Below are positions 61,027-64,000 of a stretch of 64,000 nucleotides of DNA, piece after piece. Each line of letters begins with the position of its first letter. Position 1 is the first letter of the stretch. The notes beneath the pieces were generated by a model. That model did no database searches. It worked only from the letters and a program-made list of their open reading frames with translations, and was not told the DNA's origin. The DNA is from Macrostomum hystrix. Its lineage: Eukaryota; Animalia; Platyhelminthes. The translations under genes and the position numbers were made by a program. The stretch is from assembly GCA_950097015.1 (NCBI GenBank), contig CATNEN010000003.1:4402001-4466000 (forward strand). Direction: 5' to 3'.

Positions 61027-62421
61027 CCAATCATGACTTGACTTGATATTGATGGTGCCGGCTTTGCTTATACTGGCTTGGTGTTTTCTTATAAACTGGT
61101 TGCTATGGTGACTCACTGACGGATTGTTTAACCTTTGTTTAACTATAATGGAAGGTTATAGAATTTTCAATTCAAGAGATCGATTGCTATAATATTTAAC
61201 CCTCCTTAGACTCTGGTTCATTTTAATTAGACATTTGGTCATGTGACATAGCCATCCTTTAGCAGTTTAGCCTTTGCTGCTTCAAGCAATCATATGCCCG
61301 TATTTAGCAACTGAATCTAGATTTTAAATTGAGTCAGACTACTCATAAGTATTAAGTAATTCAGAGTTCATTACCAATACGCTTTCGCCATGGTTTTTTT
61401 ACTTTAGAAGGCTACTTTAGGAAGTACAGGAAAAATATTTTTTTTGTATAAATTTATCTGAATCTAGTAGACCCGCAATCATTATCACTAGTAGTAAAGT
61501 CTAAATGACTACGGGACGAGAAAAAGTAAAAGGATTAAAGAACATTTCTGTCAGACGCGTAAAGGTTCTCAAAGGCAAATAATAATTCATGTTTTGCTAA
61601 CAAGCTTTACAAGTAAAATTCAGTCTTTAAATAAAACAGAAAGACTTCTGCTATTTCATCAGCTTCAGGTGGTTCAGAAGCGACTTCGGTGGCTCGTACT
61701 TGTATTGTATAAAATATTTGTTTGTTCTTCTGGTTCCTATGGCAAAGAAAGAATTTACTTAATCTACAGATATCGATGGCACATTATTTCTAAATTTGCT
61801 ACCCTCTGTGTCATTTCTGGGATGCCAACACGATCCGGGAATGTCATGTCTACGGTTAAACCTCTTAATGCCACGCACGCGTCGGAAAAATCGGAACAAA
61901 GCAGCTCGGCATCCGATCAACGTTGATGTAGAATACAATTCACCATCCTCGCAACGAATCAAACCAAAAAACTAACGTAAGCAGTCTGTCAAAATTTCGA
62001 TAGGACATGTCTCCCAAGCGATGTTGATTCCTCGAGTGGCGAAAATATCTGTAAGTTTTCGCACAGCAGCACACTCCTTGGAAACACAGTTTGCATTTTG
62101 CATTTTCGATAATAAGCGCCGTTTAATTCACATTCTGTGGTTAAGGCGCCCCGGACATTGCTGGAGGCCTCACCAATGTGCGCGCCCAGGCCTTGAAACA
62201 TGCAATCGGCAATGAAGTTGTTCAATGTTTGGAAAAAGACGCGCGTTAACCGTCGATTACTAGGCAAAGAGTCGGGACTTCTGGTTCTCAGAAGCTATCT
62301 CGGGCTATCGCCCGCCAGGCTGCTCTAAGCCCCGGCCATTTCTATCGTGCATCCGCAAGGAAGACACTATTCACTTGGGCAAGTGGTACCAAAATCGCTT
62401 GGTATTCACAATTTAGAAGCA

Positions 62422-62822
62422 GTTAATCATTCGCTTTTCAGCCAATGAGTGCTTTAATACCAGGAGAACATTGTCAGCTCGGCAACTTTGGTCACGGAGA
62501 GCGGCAAGCCCTGTCAGGATTGGTCAGTGAAGACCTGCTCAGACAGCACCAAGGGCATCAGCTGTCACGTGCCCAGCCAGCTGGTGATTGACGCTGGCCT
62601 GACTGGCAATGCGTGCCGCAACCCTGGAGACTACCTGAGGGACAGGCCGTGGTGCTACACCACCACTGGTACCAGGTGGGAGTACTGCAGCATACCTGCG
62701 TGTTAAACCGACTCAAAAAAAAACCTTTTGAAATTCTGAACTCAATGGTGTCGGCTTTAACTTTTTGCTCTGGTTTTTGTGAGTCTTAATCATTTTTTTT
62801 CAACTGAACAGAATAAACAAAA
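62422..62822 (+). pseudogene. Orphan duplicate of the gene A kringle terminal exon + 3'UTR, frameshifted
   Basis: Near-identical to 56221-56620, including the acceptor and AATAAA. A 1-nt deletion (aataac->aatac) occurs near 62458. Confidence 0.75.
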
Positions 62823-63455
62823 CAAATAAAGACACTTGAGTATTTATAGTTTGTCAATCTAACTGTACTATGGTCAGAATAAGGTGGGGTAGAAACTTGG
62901 TTGGTTTCTGAAACGAAGCCAGCTAGATATTAATATTGGGTTTAGCTCGTATATCACTGAAACATTAACTAGAGCCTCTGCGTTCTTATTTGAACAAATT
63001 AGTCGCCACTAACTGAACGGGTGGCATAAAAGTGAATTTCACATTCTGTGTTTATTTGTTGATTTGCACAGAAGCAAAAATTACAAACATGATTTAGTAC
63101 TAGATGGTACTAAGAGAGAACAACAAAATTATTCTTGACAATAGAATACAAATACGATTAAGATTAATTAACAAGCACAGTTTTGTACTGAATTATGCTC
63201 ACTGGTCAGGCACCGAAAGTAGCATTTCGGAACAGCTTATTGACTGACGCTTTGATTTAAAAAATGCGGATTTTAAATCGATCACTTATTTTTAACCGTT
63301 TTCGATTCTTAAAATCGCACCTATTTGAGCTGTTTAAACTGATAATGCGTGCCCATATTTCGAGATGATCGGAATGAAATAATTTGTATAGTTTAAAAAG
63401 TCATTATTTCCAGTTATTTTATTAGCTCGGATGTTAAGATACCATAGGTCAGGCT

Positions 63456-63833
63456 TCAATCCTTGCCAGGCTTCTTCTGTGACACGGTGCCCGGCTTCTG
63501 CTGAGCATCCGGGTGGCTGGCCAGCTCGTGAGGACAGGTTGACACAGGGGACGAAAGCAGCAGCTGTTTGAGATCGTAGAATATCGCTGAGTCGTCCTTA
63601 GTTAAGAAGGTGACAGCCTTGCCAGCTTTGCCGGCTCGACCAGTTCGACCAATGCGATGAGTGTAGGTCTGGATGTCCTTGGCCATGTCATAGTTGATCA
63701 CCATCGACACGTCCTTGATGTCGATGCCTCGACTGGCAACGTCGGTGGCCACCAGGATGTCTTTCTGGCCGGATTTCAGGCTGCTCAGAGCGAGGTCGCG
63801 CTGATCCTGACCTTTGTCACCATGCAGTGAGAC
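63456..63833 (-). CDS. DDX23: DDX23/PRP28 DEAD-box helicase, last exon
   Basis: ttttcag|[70 protein letters not shown] (DDX23-specific C-terminus). Confidence 0.92.
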   Translation of the reverse strand, partial: VSLHGDKGQDQRDLALSSLKSGQKDILVATDVASRGIDIKDVSMVINYDMAKDIQTYTHRIGRTGRAGKAGKAVTFLTKDDSAIFYDLKQLLLSSPVSTCPHELASHPDAQQKPGTVSQKKPGKD

Positions 63834-63854
63834 CTGAAAAATGGTTTACGCGAG

Positions 63855-64000
63855 GAATGAGTAAAAACATGTATACATTGTACGGTGAGAATGAGTACAC
63901 AAGTGTACAGCGAGAATGAGTACATACATGTACAGTGAGAATGACTACACACATGTACGGTGAGAATGAGTACACAAGTGTACAGCGAGAATGAGTACAC
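63855..64000. repeat. ~26-bp intronic minisatellite (gtacagcgagaatgagtacac...)
   Basis: Direct inspection. Confidence 0.8.

Noticed and set aside
61470-62400. Short ORFs between gene B and the orphan kringle exon
   Set aside because: No recognisable domain or termini.

Overview
Eukaryotic, intron-containing and extremely minisatellite-rich genomic DNA. The content suggests an invertebrate, most plausibly a free-living flatworm such as Macrostomum (inference only). Plus-strand genes, in order: the 3' part of Ku70/XRCC6, DDX11/ChlR1 helicase, a WD40 protein resembling WDR77/MEP50, glutamine synthetase (with a duplicated first exon), a small coiled-coil ORF, an intronless EGFR-like receptor ending just after its TM helix (no kinase), and two tandem secreted genes built of alternating F-type lectin domains (8 and 6) plus a C-terminal kringle. 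An orphan frameshifted kringle exon follows, then the last exon of DDX23/PRP28 on the minus strand. Mobile elements: a young Gypsy LTR retrotransposon inside a satellite, a non-autonomous TIR element with a 3-bp TSD, a deleted Crypton, a SAP-gag (DIRS/Ngaro-like) relic, a probable Helitron, MITEs and tRNA-derived SINEs. Most long repetitive ORFs in the track are satellite artefacts. Top leads: (i) the F-lectin/kringle cluster, in which every domain has His->Thr in the fucose-binding motif; (ii) a kinase-less membrane EGFR embedded in a satellite; (iii) a WD40 gene lacking an ATG in front of its conserved N-terminus, which could be initiated by a spliced-leader AUG in a DDX11 operon. All gene identities come from recalled family motifs, not database searches.
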